From an uncultured Candidatus Rokubacteria bacterium (GTDB taxonomy: Bacteria; Methylomirabilota; Methylomirabilia; Rokubacteriales; DASRDR01), in assembly GCA_963708025.1 (NCBI GenBank), contig CAVPSB010000014.1, positions 416,001-480,000 on the forward strand: 64,000 bases of DNA. Reading direction: 5' to 3'. Shown here piece after piece: positions 19,551 through 28,862 of this stretch. The translations under genes and the position numbers were made by a program. Position 1 is the first letter of the stretch. Each line of letters opens with the position of its first letter. A model generated the notes under the pieces. The model had not been told where the DNA came from, ran no database searches, and saw nothing but the letters and a program-made list of their open reading frames with translations.

Positions 19551-20405
19551 TCAGTGTACGCCAGCCAGGCGGCGGAAGGCCGGCGGAGCGGGGCTCGTGA
19601 AGGTGACCGCGATGCCTGTCTCCGGGTGGAGGAAGCCGAGCTGGGTTGCGTGGAGGCAGAGCCGGCGAAGGGGGTTGCGCGTGCTCCCGTGGAGGCGGTC
19701 CCCGACGATCGGGTGACCGAGCTCGGCGAGCTGGACCCGGAGCTGGTGGCGCCGGCCGGTCCCCAGGCGGAGCTCGAGAAGAGTCGCGTCGGACCCTCGC
19801 GCCGCCACGCGGTAGTGCGTGATGGCCGCCCGACCCGCCTCGCGGCCCGGCCGGACCCGGAGCCCGCGATCCTGGACCAGCCGGCTCGTCAGTGTGCCGG
19901 CGTCGTCGCGGACTCGCCCCTCGACGACCGCGACGTAGAGCCGCCGGGCGCTCCGCTGCTCGAACTGCGCCTGCAGGTGACGCTTGGCCCCCGGCGTGGT
20001 GGCGAAGACAAGGAGCCCCGAGGTCTCCCGGTCGAGACGGTGGACGACGAACGGGCGGCGCGGCGGTCGCCGCGTCGCCAGGTACTCCCAGAGGAGATGG
20101 TTGACCGTGCGCTCCCGCTCGCGCTCGGTCGCGATGGTGAGGAGGCCGGGCGGCTTGTCGACGACGAGGAAGACGTCGTCCTCGTGCACGCGTCCCAGCT
20201 CGGGCGGGAAGGTGGTCTTCGCCGGCGGACCGAGGTCGAGCGCGTCCACGATCCGGACCGGGGCCCGGGGATCGCGCACGACGGCGCCGTTGACGCGGAC
20301 GCGGCCCTCGGCGAGCCACGTCTTGAGGCGGCGCGCCGAGGAGTCGGGAAACTCGCCCCGGAGCCGGGCCAGCAGGGGAGCCGTCGCCGGGGCGGGGCCC
20401 GTCAC
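19551..20405 (-). CDS. RluA-family pseudouridine synthase
   Basis: VVDKPPGLL, VHRLDRETSGL, GTGRRHQLRV, GHPIVGD, LCLHA. Confidence 0.93.
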   Translation of the reverse strand: MTGPAPATAPLLARLRGEFPDSSARRLKTWLAEGRVRVNGAVVRDPRAPVRIVDALDLGPPAKTTFPPELGRVHEDDVFLVVDKPPGLLTIATERERERTVNHLLWEYLATRRPPRRPFVVHRLDRETSGLLVFATTPGAKRHLQAQFEQRSARRLYVAVVEGRVRDDAGTLTSRLVQDRGLRVRPGREAGRAAITHYRVAARGSDATLLELRLGTGRRHQLRVQLAELGHPIVGDRLHGSTRNPLRRLCLHATQLGFLHPETGIAVTFTSPAPPAFRRLAGVH

Positions 20406-20794
20406 GAGGGCGCGGCGCGGACGGCGTCGGCCACCTGGCGCTGAGCCGCCTGGAGCGCGGCGTCGGCATTGCCGAAGACCGCGAGGGCGATGCCATCGGG
20501 CTGGCGGCGGAGCGTGACCATGCCGGCCGGGGTCCGGAGGCGGACCTCGGTCCACTCGGTCGGCGGCGGCGCCGACGGCGGAACGAGGGCGTTGTTGACC
20601 ATGGCGATCGTGCTCGGCAGGCCGGCCGCCGCCAGGCGTTCGAGGACGGGGCCGAGCGGGCAGCCGCCGCTCCGCGGGACGACGATTTCCAGGCCGATTT
20701 TTCGGGACCTCCCGCCCACCCCCCAGCCCCCTCCCCCACTGTCCGATGGCCTTCGGCCTTTGGCTGGGGGGAGGGGGGGCCGGAAGGGCTTCAC
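20402..20794 (-). CDS. Hypothetical protein whose N-terminus is encoded by a family A repeat
   Basis: Fills the operon gap; stop overlaps the RluA start; first ~31 codons derive from the repeat. Confidence 0.65.
   Translation of the reverse strand: MKPFRPPLPPAKGRRPSDSGGGGWGVGGRSRKIGLEIVVPRSGGCPLGPVLERLAAAGLPSTIAMVNNALVPPSAPPPTEWTEVRLRTPAGMVTLRRQPDGIALAVFGNADAALQAAQRQVADAVRAAPS
20701..20791 (-). repeat. Family A element, copy 4 (in frame within a CDS)
   Basis: CCCCCCTCCCCCCAGCCAAAGGCCGAAGGCC...GGGAGGTCCCGAA. Confidence 0.85.
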
Positions 20795-20800
20795 ACGGTG

Positions 20801-21346
20801 TCAGTCGGGGGTCGGAGCGCTCATCGCTCCCTGGGCATCCGATCGCTTTGCCGGCTCCGGGACCAGCTGATGAAAGAGGCTCGACTCGCGCTTGTAGAAG
20901 CCTTCGGTGTGGAAGGAATCGGCCAGGCGCAGGTGCTGGTAGTCGAGGTGGTGGCCCAGCTCGTGGAGGAGCGTGCGGAGGAACGTGCGGAATGCCACCA
21001 CGCGTCGCTGGCGGGCGGTTCGCATCCAGAGGGTGACCTTGGCCGGCCGGCCGCGCTCGGCGGTCTCGTAGAGGCCCTGCAGCTCGCCCCACTGGCCGTG
21101 CGGCCGCGCCGCCAGCACATCGACCCGGCAAGGCGGCGTCCCGAACGCGCGGGCCAGCGTGTTGAAGATCCGGTCGGTGGCGACCTGGATCGCCGCCCGC
21201 TCCTCGCGGGCCAGCGCCGCCGCGAGCGCCTCCACCAGCGGCCACAGTGTCGCCGGGTGAGCCAGGCGCAGGCTGGTGATCTCGTCGCTCTGCCGGTAGA
21301 TCCGCTGCTGGGAGCGGGTCAGGCGGTCGTAGTACGAGAACGGCAC
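20801..21346 (-). CDS. Hypothetical zincin-like protein (HEXXH)
   Basis: FLRTLLHELGHHLDY, SFHTEGFY. Confidence 0.8.
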   Translation of the reverse strand: MPFSYYDRLTRSQQRIYRQSDEITSLRLAHPATLWPLVEALAAALAREERAAIQVATDRIFNTLARAFGTPPCRVDVLAARPHGQWGELQGLYETAERGRPAKVTLWMRTARQRRVVAFRTFLRTLLHELGHHLDYQHLRLADSFHTEGFYKRESSLFHQLVPEPAKRSDAQGAMSAPTPD

Positions 21347-21353
21347 GACGCCG

Positions 21354-22610
21354 CTACCGGCCGCCGACCACCGGACTCAGGGCCGGTGAGCAGCGCGCCC
21401 GCTCGTCGATGGCGACGCTGGCGATCGCGCCGGCGAGGAGCTGGGTGCAGGCGATCCCGATCGGAAGGCCGTAGCCGCCCGACAGATCGAAGAGGAACCC
21501 GCCGAGCCAGGAGCCGGTCGCGGCGCCCACCTGGTGGACCAGGAAGATGCTGCCGAAGATCGAGCCGACCGAGAAGCGCCCGAAGATGTCGGCGGTCAGC
21601 GCGGAGGTCATCGCCAGGCTCCCCGACATGCTGGCACCGCCCAGCGCCGCGATGAGGACGAGAGCGCCGGGGCGGTCGTGGACGAGGAACAGGGCGGCGA
21701 ACAGGAGCGCGCGCGTCGCGTAGAGCCAGGCGAGGACCGGCCGGCGACCCAGGCGGTCGGCGATCGCGCCAAGGAGCATCGCGCCGACCATGCTGGAGGC
21801 GCCCAGGACGCCGAGCGCCCACGAAGCGGTCATCGGGTGGTAGCCGTGGTCGGTCAGCATGGGAACGCCGTGGGCCGCCAGCAGGCTCATCGAGAAGCCG
21901 CAGGTGTACATGCCGCCACAGAGCTGCCAGAAGGGGAGCGTCTGGACAGCGGCGCCGACCGGGGTCTGCTCCGCGTCGGCGCCGAGGCCGCGGGGGCCGG
22001 CGGGCGCGCCGTCGGGGGTCAGCCCCATCGACTCCGGCGACTCCCGCACGACCCAGAGGACCAGCGGGACGATCACGACCAGGATGGCGACGGCCATGAC
22101 GCCGTAGGTGGCGCGCCAGCCGACCGTCAGGATGAGCCACATCGCCACCGGCACCAGCAGGCTCATGCCGGCCATGGAGGCGCCGCCGACCATCGAGAGG
22201 GCGGTCGCGCGGCGCCGGATGAACCAGCGCGAGATGACCGCGGAGGCCACGACGTGACCGGTGGCGGCCAGGCCGAGCGCCACGCCGATCCCGTAGACCA
22301 GGTAGAGCTGCCAGAGGCGGGTCACGAGGCCGGTTCCCGCCACCGCGGCGGCCAGCAGGACGGTGCCGGCGACGGTGACCAGCCGGGCGCCCAGTTGGTC
22401 GGCGAGTCGCCCCACCAGTGGCATGAAGACGCCGTAGAGGAGCAGGCTGAGCGCGATGACGAGGGAGAAGCTCGCCCGGTCGATGCCGAGGTCGGCGACG
22501 ATGGGCTTGAGGAACGGGCCGACCGCGAAGCGGATCCCGGTGGAGAGGAAGACCGCCACCGAGAGGGCCAGCGTGACCCACCAGCCGTAGAACAGACGGC
22601 GTTGCCTCAT
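21354..22610 (-). CDS. MFS transporter
   Basis: FYGWWV, GRLADQLGAR, GAIADRLGRR, about 12 TM segments. Confidence 0.92.
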   Translation of the reverse strand: MRQRRLFYGWWVTLALSVAVFLSTGIRFAVGPFLKPIVADLGIDRASFSLVIALSLLLYGVFMPLVGRLADQLGARLVTVAGTVLLAAAVAGTGLVTRLWQLYLVYGIGVALGLAATGHVVASAVISRWFIRRRATALSMVGGASMAGMSLLVPVAMWLILTVGWRATYGVMAVAILVVIVPLVLWVVRESPESMGLTPDGAPAGPRGLGADAEQTPVGAAVQTLPFWQLCGGMYTCGFSMSLLAAHGVPMLTDHGYHPMTASWALGVLGASSMVGAMLLGAIADRLGRRPVLAWLYATRALLFAALFLVHDRPGALVLIAALGGASMSGSLAMTSALTADIFGRFSVGSIFGSIFLVHQVGAATGSWLGGFLFDLSGGYGLPIGIACTQLLAGAIASVAIDERARCSPALSPVVGGR

Positions 22611-22675
22611 GCTCGGCAGGCCCCCCTCCGATGGTCGGGAAGCATGTCGAAGTATCGGAAGGTCTCCGGCCAGCC

Positions 22676-22763
22676 GTGCTCGGCCGGGAGCGGCTTCCGA
22701 GCGGCGGCTTTGCCGCCGCAACCGAGGGGGGGAATCGGGGGGGTCTTCCGAGACCCCCCCGAA
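22676..22763 (-). repeat. Family B element, copy 2 (divergent)
   Basis: GGGGGGTCTTCCGAGACCCCCC palindrome plus GCGGCGGCTTTGCCGCCGC hairpin. Confidence 0.75.
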
Positions 22764-22767
22764 GGAA

Positions 22768-23898
22768 CTAGTACGTCTGGCGGCCGATGAACTGCCACTT
22801 ACCATCCTTCACCACCAGGTAGACCTGGTCCTTCGCCTCGCGCTCGCGGCTGTCGTTGAACGAGAAGGTGCCGGTGACACCCCCGAAGCTCCGCGTCGCG
22901 GCCACCGCGTCCCGGATGGCGTCGCGGTCGGCCCCCGCCTTCTCGATCGCGGTCAAGATGATCCGGGCGGCGTCGTAGGTGGTGGCGTGGTAGGGCTCCG
23001 GCTTCTCGTTGGGGTGGAGCTTCTGGTACATGGCGACGAAGTTCTTCACGACCGGCGCCGGGTCGTCGGCGTTGAACTCGGTGTTGACGGCGAGCCCCTC
23101 GGCGTTCCCCTTGCCGGCGATCTCGAGGAACTTGTCCTCGTAGAGGGTCCCGGTGCCCACCAGGGGGGCCGTGATCCCCAGGTTCCGGGCCTGGAGCACG
23201 ACGAGCGCGCCGGTCGTGTAGTAGGTCAGGATGGCGAGCGCGTCCGGGTTGGCCGCCTTGATCTTGGTGAGCTGCGCCTTGAAGTCGGTGTCCTTGTCGT
23301 ACACGACCTCGGTGGCCACCGCCTTGGCCCCGAGCTTCTCGAGCTCCTTCAGGAAGTAATCCTTGGTCTGGATGCCCCAGTCGTTCTGGACGTAGACGAC
23401 CGCGACGTTCTTCTTGCCGAGCTTCTTGACCGTGTACTGGGCCAGGTCCGGCACGTAGACCGAGATGGGCGACCACATCCGGAACATGTACTTGCCGCCC
23501 TGCTTGGTGAGGTCGGTGTGGGACGCCGACGGCGTGATCGTCGCGAGGTGGGCCTTGGTGTAGATCGGGATGGCCGCGAAGCACGCCGAGGAGGAGTAGT
23601 GACCCAGCACGGCGAGGATCCGGTCGTCGGCGGCGAACTTCTGGGCGACGGTGGCGGCCTCCTTGGGATCGCCCTTGTCGTCCTCGACCCGGATGACCAC
23701 CTTCCGGCCCTTGATGCCGCCCTTGGCGTTCACCTCGTCGGCGGCGAGCTGGGCTCCCTCGGCGAACTGCTTGCCGATCTGGGCCAGGTTGCCGGTCATC
23801 GGGGCGGCGACCCCGATGACCAGGTCCTGGGCCGCGGCCGGACCGGCGTCGAGACCCAGGGTCAGGAGGAGGACGGCCACGAACCATAGGGTGCGCAT
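22768..23898 (-). CDS. Branched-chain amino acid ABC substrate-binding protein (LivK-like)
   Basis: SD AGGAG before ATG 23898; IGVAAPMTG, VNAKGGIKG, DDKGDP, FGGVTGTFSF. Confidence 0.92.
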   Translation of the reverse strand: MRTLWFVAVLLLTLGLDAGPAAAQDLVIGVAAPMTGNLAQIGKQFAEGAQLAADEVNAKGGIKGRKVVIRVEDDKGDPKEAATVAQKFAADDRILAVLGHYSSSACFAAIPIYTKAHLATITPSASHTDLTKQGGKYMFRMWSPISVYVPDLAQYTVKKLGKKNVAVVYVQNDWGIQTKDYFLKELEKLGAKAVATEVVYDKDTDFKAQLTKIKAANPDALAILTYYTTGALVVLQARNLGITAPLVGTGTLYEDKFLEIAGKGNAEGLAVNTEFNADDPAPVVKNFVAMYQKLHPNEKPEPYHATTYDAARIILTAIEKAGADRDAIRDAVAATRSFGGVTGTFSFNDSREREAKDQVYLVVKDGKWQFIGRQTY

Positions 23899-23953
23899 CG
23901 ACGGTCTCCTCGTGCTAGGGGTTGGGTCGAGCGGGACTGAGGGCGCGCGAACG

Positions 23954-24039
23954 AATCGGTCCTCGCCCCCCTCCCCCCGGTGGGTGGGGGAGGGGGCAAA
24001 GGCCGAAGGGGGTTGGGGGGGTAGGCGGGAGGTTCCGAA
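23954..24039 (+). repeat. Family A element, copy 5
   Basis: AATCGGTCCTC...GGCCGAAGG...GGGGGTAGGCGGGAGGTTCCGAA. Confidence 0.8.
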
Positions 24040-24047
24040 CACAATTC

Positions 24048-24428
24048 TCAACTCGTCGAGTAGGCGGCGCGGCCGATCGCCACCACCGCGCCCTTGGCGT
24101 CGCGCAGCTCCACGTCGGCGACCCCGACGGTGCGGCCGACCTTCACGGCGCGGGCCACCGCGGTCAGGTCGCCCTTGAGGGCCGGGCGCAGGTAGTCCAC
24201 GCGCAGGTCGATCGTGGCCACCCAGCGCTCCAGGCGGGAGGCGATCGCGTAGTCGCCGGCGATGTCGACCAGGGCCGCGAGGACGCCGCCGTGGTACCAG
24301 TCGGAGTCGTCGTCACGGCCGAACTCCTCGCGCCAGGGGAGCCGCATCTCGGCCTCCCCGGCTTCGGCGCGGATCAGCTCGAGGCCGATGAGGCGATGGA
24401 AGGGCGAGTGCTCGACCGTGAGCTTCAT
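24048..24428 (-). CDS. PaaI-family thioesterase
   Basis: SPFHRLIG, HGGVLAALVD, TIDLRVDYLRPA; ATGA overlap with the ligase. Confidence 0.92.
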   Translation of the reverse strand: MKLTVEHSPFHRLIGLELIRAEAGEAEMRLPWREEFGRDDDSDWYHGGVLAALVDIAGDYAIASRLERWVATIDLRVDYLRPALKGDLTAVARAVKVGRTVGVADVELRDAKGAVVAIGRAAYSTS

Positions 24429-26092
24429 CGGGTGGACTCGAGGGGGCCGGCTTCGGCGGCCAGCCGCTTGAGGGCCGTCCGGTCGAGCTTCCCGGTGCCG
24501 CCGAGGGGAAGCCGGTCGAGGAAGACCACACGGCGCGGATGGGCATAGGGAGCGCCGCGCTCGAGGAAGAAGCGCTTGACCTCCTCCTCGCCCGGGGGCC
24601 CGGCCGTGTCGCGGGCCACGACGTAGGCCACCGGCACCCAGCCCTTCGTCCGGTGCGGCGCCGGCACCACGCAGGCGTCCTTGAGACCCGGGTGGCGGAG
24701 GAGGAGGTCCTCGACCTCCTTCGGGTACACGTTCTCCCCCGCCACGTTGATCATGTCGTCCTTGCGCCCGATGAAGTAATAGTAGCCGTCCCGGTCGCGG
24801 CGCATGAGGTCGCCGGTGGCGAGCCACCCGTCGTGGAGCTTCCGGGTCGTCACCTCGGGCAGCTTCCAGTAGCCCTTGGCGATCCCGGGGTTCCGGCACA
24901 CCAGCTCGCCCACCTCGTCCACCGCGCAGTCGCTCCCGTCGGCGCGGACGATCCGGTTCTCGGCCTGGGCGACGTCAACGCCGCAGGAGCCGAGCTTCTT
25001 GAGGCCGTAGCGGGGATTGGCACAGGGGACGGGCCCGCCCTCGGTGAGCCCGTACGACTCGGCGATCGGCGCCCCGAAGACCCGCTGGAACTCGGCGAGC
25101 AGCTCTTCCGGCACCTCGGCCGAGCCGCACAGCGCGTAGCGGATCGAGCGGACGTCGTGGCGGGCCAGGGTCTCCTTCTCGGCGAGCATCATCTTGTACA
25201 TCGCCGGCACGCCGGTCATGTAGGTGACCCGGTGGCGGTCGATGGCGCGGATCACGGCCACGGGATCGAAGCCGGGCAGGATCACGAGCGAGCCGCCGCA
25301 GAGCAGGAACGGCTTCACGGCGCCGATCATCGCGTTCTTGTGGTAGAGGGGGACCGCCACCAGGGCGCGCTCGGTGTGGTCGAGGCACGCCATCTTGCGG
25401 ATCACGTCGGCGTTCCAGATCTGGCCGCGGTGGGCGAGCAGCACCCCCTTCGGCTTCCCGGTGGAGCCCGAGGTGTAGGGCTGCATGCAGATCGCTTCGG
25501 GGTCGATGCGGCGGCGTCGGAACCGCGGCGAGGCCGCGTCCATGAGCGCGCGGTAGTTGAGGACCGGCACACCCGTGGAGCGTCCACCCCCAGGTGGGGG
25601 GGTCCAGGGGGGGACCACCGGACGGGCGGGAGGCCCCGAGCGCCGCAGGCGCGAGGCGTCCCGGTGACCGGATGGTTGGGACTCCCCCCCTGATGGACAA
25701 TCGGCGAGCAGGTGGCCGAGCGACTTGATGCCGCCGGCCAGGCCCCGCGCGCGCTCGGCCTGGTCGCCGCCGGCGATCAGGACCTTCGCCTCGGCGTCCT
25801 CCAGCACGTAGGCGAGCGACTCGTCACCCATCCGGATGTTCAGCGGCACCGCGACGGCGCCCAGCCGCATGGGGGCGAAGAACGCCTCGAGGAAGCGCCA
25901 GTCGTTGCCGAACATGAGGCCGACGCGGTCGCCGGGGCCGACCCCGAGGCCGGCCAGGACGTTCGCCATCCGGCAGACGCGCCCCTCGAGCTCCCGGTAG
26001 GTGAGGGTGGTGTCGTCCTGGATGACCGCGACCGCGCCGGGCGTGAGGCGGAGCGGCCCGTCGAAGACGTGGCCCAGGTTCTCGGGGAGCAT
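24425..26092 (-). CDS. Acyl-CoA synthetase / AMP-binding enzyme containing an in-frame repeat insertion
   Basis: YTSGSTGKPKG, SYGLTEGG, WLATGD, GRKDDMI, GKLDR. Confidence 0.93.
   Translation of the reverse strand: MLPENLGHVFDGPLRLTPGAVAVIQDDTTLTYRELEGRVCRMANVLAGLGVGPGDRVGLMFGNDWRFLEAFFAPMRLGAVAVPLNIRMGDESLAYVLEDAEAKVLIAGGDQAERARGLAGGIKSLGHLLADCPSGGESQPSGHRDASRLRRSGPPARPVVPPWTPPPGGGRSTGVPVLNYRALMDAASPRFRRRRIDPEAICMQPYTSGSTGKPKGVLLAHRGQIWNADVIRKMACLDHTERALVAVPLYHKNAMIGAVKPFLLCGGSLVILPGFDPVAVIRAIDRHRVTYMTGVPAMYKMMLAEKETLARHDVRSIRYALCGSAEVPEELLAEFQRVFGAPIAESYGLTEGGPVPCANPRYGLKKLGSCGVDVAQAENRIVRADGSDCAVDEVGELVCRNPGIAKGYWKLPEVTTRKLHDGWLATGDLMRRDRDGYYYFIGRKDDMINVAGENVYPKEVEDLLLRHPGLKDACVVPAPHRTKGWVPVAYVVARDTAGPPGEEEVKRFFLERGAPYAHPRRVVFLDRLPLGGTGKLDRTALKRLAAEAGPLESTR
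25582..25698. repeat. 117-bp palindromic element inserted in frame in the acyl-CoA synthetase
   Basis: GTCCA...TGGAC ends; G/C runs; GGGCGGGAGGCCCCGA and GCGCCGCAGGCGC modules shared with the intergenic repeats. Confidence 0.7.
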
Positions 26093-26194
26093 CAGGCTTT
26101 CGGGGAGGTGCGGGTCTTCAAGTGGCGGCGATCATGGGGGTGATAGACCCGGACATGTCCCGAGTCTACTGGCTCCGGTAGCCGAAGGGAAGGG

Positions 26195-27238
26195 CTACGG
26201 CCGGATGACGACCTTGCCGAAGACCTCGCGCAACGCGAGCGCCCGCTCGCCCTCGGCGGCCCGATCGAGGGGGAGGACGCGGTCGACGACGGGGCGGAGC
26301 CGCCCCTCGAAGGCCAGGCGCGTGATCGTGAGGAGGTCGTTGTGGGTCCAGCCGTTGGAGCCGAGGATGGCCTGCTCCCGCCGGAAGAGGTAGCGGATGT
26401 CGGTCGGCCCGATCGGCCCGGACGTCGCGCCGCTGGTGACGAGGCGGCCGCCCTTGCCGAGCGCGCGGATCGAGCGCTCCCAGGTGGCCGCCCCGACGGT
26501 CTCGACGATGACGTCGAGGCCGCGCTTGCCGGTGAGCCGGCGCACCGTCACGTCCCAGTCGCGGTCCTCGACGTAGTTGACGAGCACGTCGGCGCCCAGC
26601 GCTTCGAGGCGCTCCAGCTTCCCGGGGGTGGAGGCGGTCGCGAACACCCGGGCGCCGGCCAGCTTGGCGATCTGGACGGCGGCGATGCCGACCCCGCCCC
26701 CGGCGCCGTGGACGAGGACGTCGTCCCCCGGCCGGACGCGGGCGTGGGTGACGAGCATGCGCCAGGCCGTGCCGAACGTGATCGGCAGGCAGGCGGCCTC
26801 CTCGAACGGGTAGCCGTCGGCGATCGGGATCGCCTGGGGCGCCGGCGCCTTCACGTACTCGGCCAGGCCGCCGGGGTCCATCTCGCCCAGCATGTGGACG
26901 CGGAGGCATTTGGGCACCTCGCCGGCCCGGCAGTACTCGCAGCGCCCGCAGCCCCACGACGGGTTCAGGACCACGCGATCGCCGACCTTCGGCGCCGCCG
27001 CCCTGCCGACCTCCGGACCGACGGCCGCGACGACTCCGGCGACGTCGCCGCCGGTGATGTGCGGGAGTGGCGTCGGCTCGCCGGGCATGCCCTCGCGGGT
27101 GAAGATGTCCAGGAAGTTGAGCGCGCACGCGTGAACGCGGACCACGATCTCGCCGGGCCCCGCGACCGGATCCGGCCAGGCCGGCTCGAGCGTGAGGACC
27201 TCCGGCCCCCCGTGCCGATGGATGACGATCGCGCGCAC
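26195..27238 (-). CDS. Zinc-binding dehydrogenase / quinone oxidoreductase family
   Basis: HGGPEVL, LNFLD, CGRCEYC...C, HGAGGGVG, FGKVVI. Confidence 0.9.
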   Translation of the reverse strand: MRAIVIHRHGGPEVLTLEPAWPDPVAGPGEIVVRVHACALNFLDIFTREGMPGEPTPLPHITGGDVAGVVAAVGPEVGRAAAPKVGDRVVLNPSWGCGRCEYCRAGEVPKCLRVHMLGEMDPGGLAEYVKAPAPQAIPIADGYPFEEAACLPITFGTAWRMLVTHARVRPGDDVLVHGAGGGVGIAAVQIAKLAGARVFATASTPGKLERLEALGADVLVNYVEDRDWDVTVRRLTGKRGLDVIVETVGAATWERSIRALGKGGRLVTSGATSGPIGPTDIRYLFRREQAILGSNGWTHNDLLTITRLAFEGRLRPVVDRVLPLDRAAEGERALALREVFGKVVIRP

Positions 27239-27284
27239 GCGTCCTCCGCTGAAGTTGTCGGCTCGTCAACGCTACAGGGACGGG

Positions 27285-27488
27285 TCAAGCTCTCGCGGGC
27301 GGGGCCGAGGAGCGAGCAGCGCCCCCAGGCCGAAGGCCGTCCGAAGGACGCAGGGAGTCGCCGACCGCAGGCGTACTCCTAGTACGCCGAGGATCGGCGA
27401 CGACCGAGGACGACCATAGGTCGGGACGGACGGGAGGCCGCAGGCCGAGCGCGTCCCGACCGACATGGAGGTTGCGACGCTCATCGGG
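27285..27488 (-). repeat. Family C structured repeat, copy 2
   Basis: Reverse-complement match to 12184-12388. Confidence 0.9.
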
Positions 27489-27496
27489 CCCGCCCG

Positions 27497-28576
27497 CTAC
27501 AGCGCGGAGGCGACGGCGTCGCCGACCGCCGCCGTCGTTGCGCCGCCGCCCAGATCGGGAGTCAGCAGGCGCCCGCCGCTCAGCACCGACGCGACCGCGG
27601 CATCGATCCTCCGCGCTCCCGCCTGCGCCGCCTCGTCGGACTCCCGGCGTCCGAGCCAGTCGAGCATCAGGCCGGCCGACAGGATGGTCGCCAGAGGGTT
27701 GGCGATGCCCTTGCCGGCGATGTCGGGCGCGGTGCCGTGAGACGGCTGGAAGAGGGCCGCGTGGTCACCGATGTCGCCGGACGGGGCGAGGCCGAGGCCC
27801 CCGATGGTCGCCGCCGCTAGGTCCGACAGGATGTCGCCGAACATGTTCTCGGCGACGATGACGTCGTAGCGGTCCGGCACCTGGACGAGATAGGCGGTCA
27901 TGGCGTCGACGTAGGCGTGGCTCGCCTCGACTTCCGGGTAGTCGGTCGCCACCTCGTCGAACACCTCCCGGAAGAAGGCGTAGCTCTTCAGCACGTTGGC
28001 CTTGTCCACGCAGGTGACCCGCCGCCGGCCGTCCCGGGGAGCGCCCCCCCGGCGGCGGGCCAGCTCGAACGCCGCCCGGCAGATGCGCGCCGTACCGGGG
28101 CGCGTCACCACCAGGGTATCGGTCACCACGTGAACCCCGACGCGCACCCCCGCGCCGCGGGACGCGTAGAGGCCCTCCGTGTTCTCGCGGAGGATCACGT
28201 AGTCGATGGCCGTTCCCGGCGCGAGGCGGAGGGGGCCGGCGACGCCGGGGTAGAGCTTGATCGGCCGGAGCCCGATGTAGAGGTCGAGGCGGATGCGCAG
28301 GGTGAGTTGGGGCGCGATCTCGGTGCCGTCGGGAAGGCGGACGTCGGGGAGGCCCGCCGACCCGAACAGGATCGCGTCGGCGGCCTGGCAGGCCTCGAGG
28401 GTCTCCCGCGGCAGGTCCTCGCCGGTTCGCCGGTAGCAGCCGGCCCCGGCCTCGACCTCCTCGAGCTCGAAGGCGAGCTCGGAACCCTCGAGGACCCCGA
28501 GCACCTTCAGGGCCTCGGCCATCACCTCGGGCCCGATCCCGTCCCCGGCGATGACGGCGATCCGGTAGCGCCCCAT
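27497..28576 (-). CDS. Isocitrate/isopropylmalate/tartrate dehydrogenase family
   Basis: GDGIGPEV, RENTEGLY, VDKANVL, ENMFGDILSD, HGTAPDIAGKGIANP. Confidence 0.92.
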   Translation of the reverse strand: MGRYRIAVIAGDGIGPEVMAEALKVLGVLEGSELAFELEEVEAGAGCYRRTGEDLPRETLEACQAADAILFGSAGLPDVRLPDGTEIAPQLTLRIRLDLYIGLRPIKLYPGVAGPLRLAPGTAIDYVILRENTEGLYASRGAGVRVGVHVVTDTLVVTRPGTARICRAAFELARRRGGAPRDGRRRVTCVDKANVLKSYAFFREVFDEVATDYPEVEASHAYVDAMTAYLVQVPDRYDVIVAENMFGDILSDLAAATIGGLGLAPSGDIGDHAALFQPSHGTAPDIAGKGIANPLATILSAGLMLDWLGRRESDEAAQAGARRIDAAVASVLSGGRLLTPDLGGGATTAAVGDAVASAL

Positions 28577-28734
28577 GGTTCAGTCTTGTAGCGCCGTGGC
28601 CGAGAACCGAGCAGCCCGAGGACGCAGGGAGGAGGCGGGCCGAAGCGTATGCCGCGACTGGCCATCTGGTCGCGACGCCTCGGGCCTGCGGCCCTCGGGA
28701 CGTCGCTCCCTTCTGGGAGGCCCGCCGACGACCC

Positions 28735-28860
28735 CCGAGGTCGGGACGGACGCGAGGCCGTAGGCCGAGCGCGTCACGGCCGGGATGAAGGACGACCATA
28801 GGCCGGGACGGACGCGAGGCCGCAGGCCGAGCGCGTCACGGCCGGGATCGATGTTGCGAA
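28735..28860 (-). repeat. Family C partial repeat: tandem duplication of its first ~62-bp module
   Basis: CGGGACGGACGCGAGGCCG(T/C)AGGCCGAGCGCGTCACGGCCGGGAT occurs twice. Confidence 0.85.
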
Positions 28861-28862
28861 GG

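Noticed and set aside
23899-24051. Repeat-encoded N-terminal extensions on the LivK-like SBP, the VOC protein (50782) and the PrpB-like protein (58588)
   Set aside because: Each has its own SD and ATG downstream of the repeat, and the SBP needs its signal peptide at the N-terminus
28735-28860. Tandem repeat considered as a CRISPR array
   Set aside because: Only two units, no unique spacer series, no cas genes; it is part of repeat family C
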